Shown one piece after another: positions 25,358-25,552 of a stretch of DNA of 25,552 nt (within the stretch, counting starts at the first letter, position 1; every line of letters begins with the position of its first letter). The DNA is from an archaeon (GTDB lineage: Archaea > SpSt-1190 > DYHY01). The translations under genes and the position numbers were made by a program. The notes under the pieces were generated by a model. It worked only from the letters and a program-made list of their open reading frames with translations. It did not search any database and had not been told where the DNA came from. The stretch spans positions 1-25,552 of the forward strand of contig JAZDJS010000001.1 of the NCBI GenBank assembly GCA_043803745.1, written 5' to 3'.

Positions 25358-25552
25358 GGCGGTAATCTTCGACCTCGACGGAGTTTTGATTGACAGCGAA
25401 TCGATTGCGGCAAAACTGGTCCTCCGGCACGTGAAAACGGATTGCGGCTTGGCCCTTACGAAAGAGGATGCCCGGAGTTTTTCCGGCTCCGGCGACAAGG
25501 GAGTTTTGGACTATATTCATTCCAACTATGGCGTTAGGCTGGACGAGAAACG
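25323..25552 (+). CDS. HAD-superfamily hydrolase (beta-PGM/CbbY-like), 5' part; runs off the window edge
   Basis: Manual translation from TTG 25323: ...KIKAVIFDLDGVLIDSE...; open to the end of the window; not in the ORF track. Confidence 0.88.
   Translation, partial: MRRQQEPGRKIKAVIFDLDGVLIDSESIAAKLVLRHVKTDCGLALTKEDARSFSGSGDKGVLDYIHSNYGVRLDEK

Noticed and set aside
87-25520. Numerous antisense or alternative-frame ORFs in the ORF track
   Set aside because: They are shadows of well-supported genes in another frame or strand and show no family motifs.
1-25552. CRISPR array, rRNA, transposase or integrase
   Set aside because: No regularly spaced repeat-spacer array, rRNA consensus or recombinase motifs were seen.

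Overview
A gene-dense archaeal window: archaeal-type MAT, aMBF1, rpl1-rpl10(P0)-rpl12(P1), DHS, NurA/HerA, and TATA boxes about 25 nt upstream of many starts. A DPANN-like lineage is plausible but is only an inference. From left to right it contains: the N-terminal part of a type IIG-like restriction-modification gene (absent from the ORF track because it runs off the left edge), a bacterial-type one-knuckle MetRS, nurA-herA, a fold-III PLP decarboxylase converging on deoxyhypusine synthase, tRNA-Gly(TCC), HTH-Nudix and HTH-CBS genes divergent from a probable mat/MBL-hydrolase/DUF355/membrane-protein/HAD operon, AlaX-M, an SDR, tRNA-Leu(TAG) flanked by partial copies of itself, a RelE-type toxin-antitoxin pair, ITPase, aMBF1, the stalk-protein operon, two translationally coupled and very divergent beta-CASP metallo-nucleases plus an orphan ORF, a COG1340-like coiled-coil protein and a partial HAD gene. 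The best candidate for an undescribed system is the tandem beta-CASP pair, which follows a highly structured non-coding segment. Other leads are the tRNA-Leu self-duplication architecture, a 20-bp duplication that appears to have rewritten the AlaX C-terminus, several foldable intergenic segments, a possible SAM-sensing regulator opposite mat, a truncated P0 stalk protein and an apparent Asp/His swap in the NurA active site. All family calls come from motifs recognised by eye. No searches or folding programs were run.
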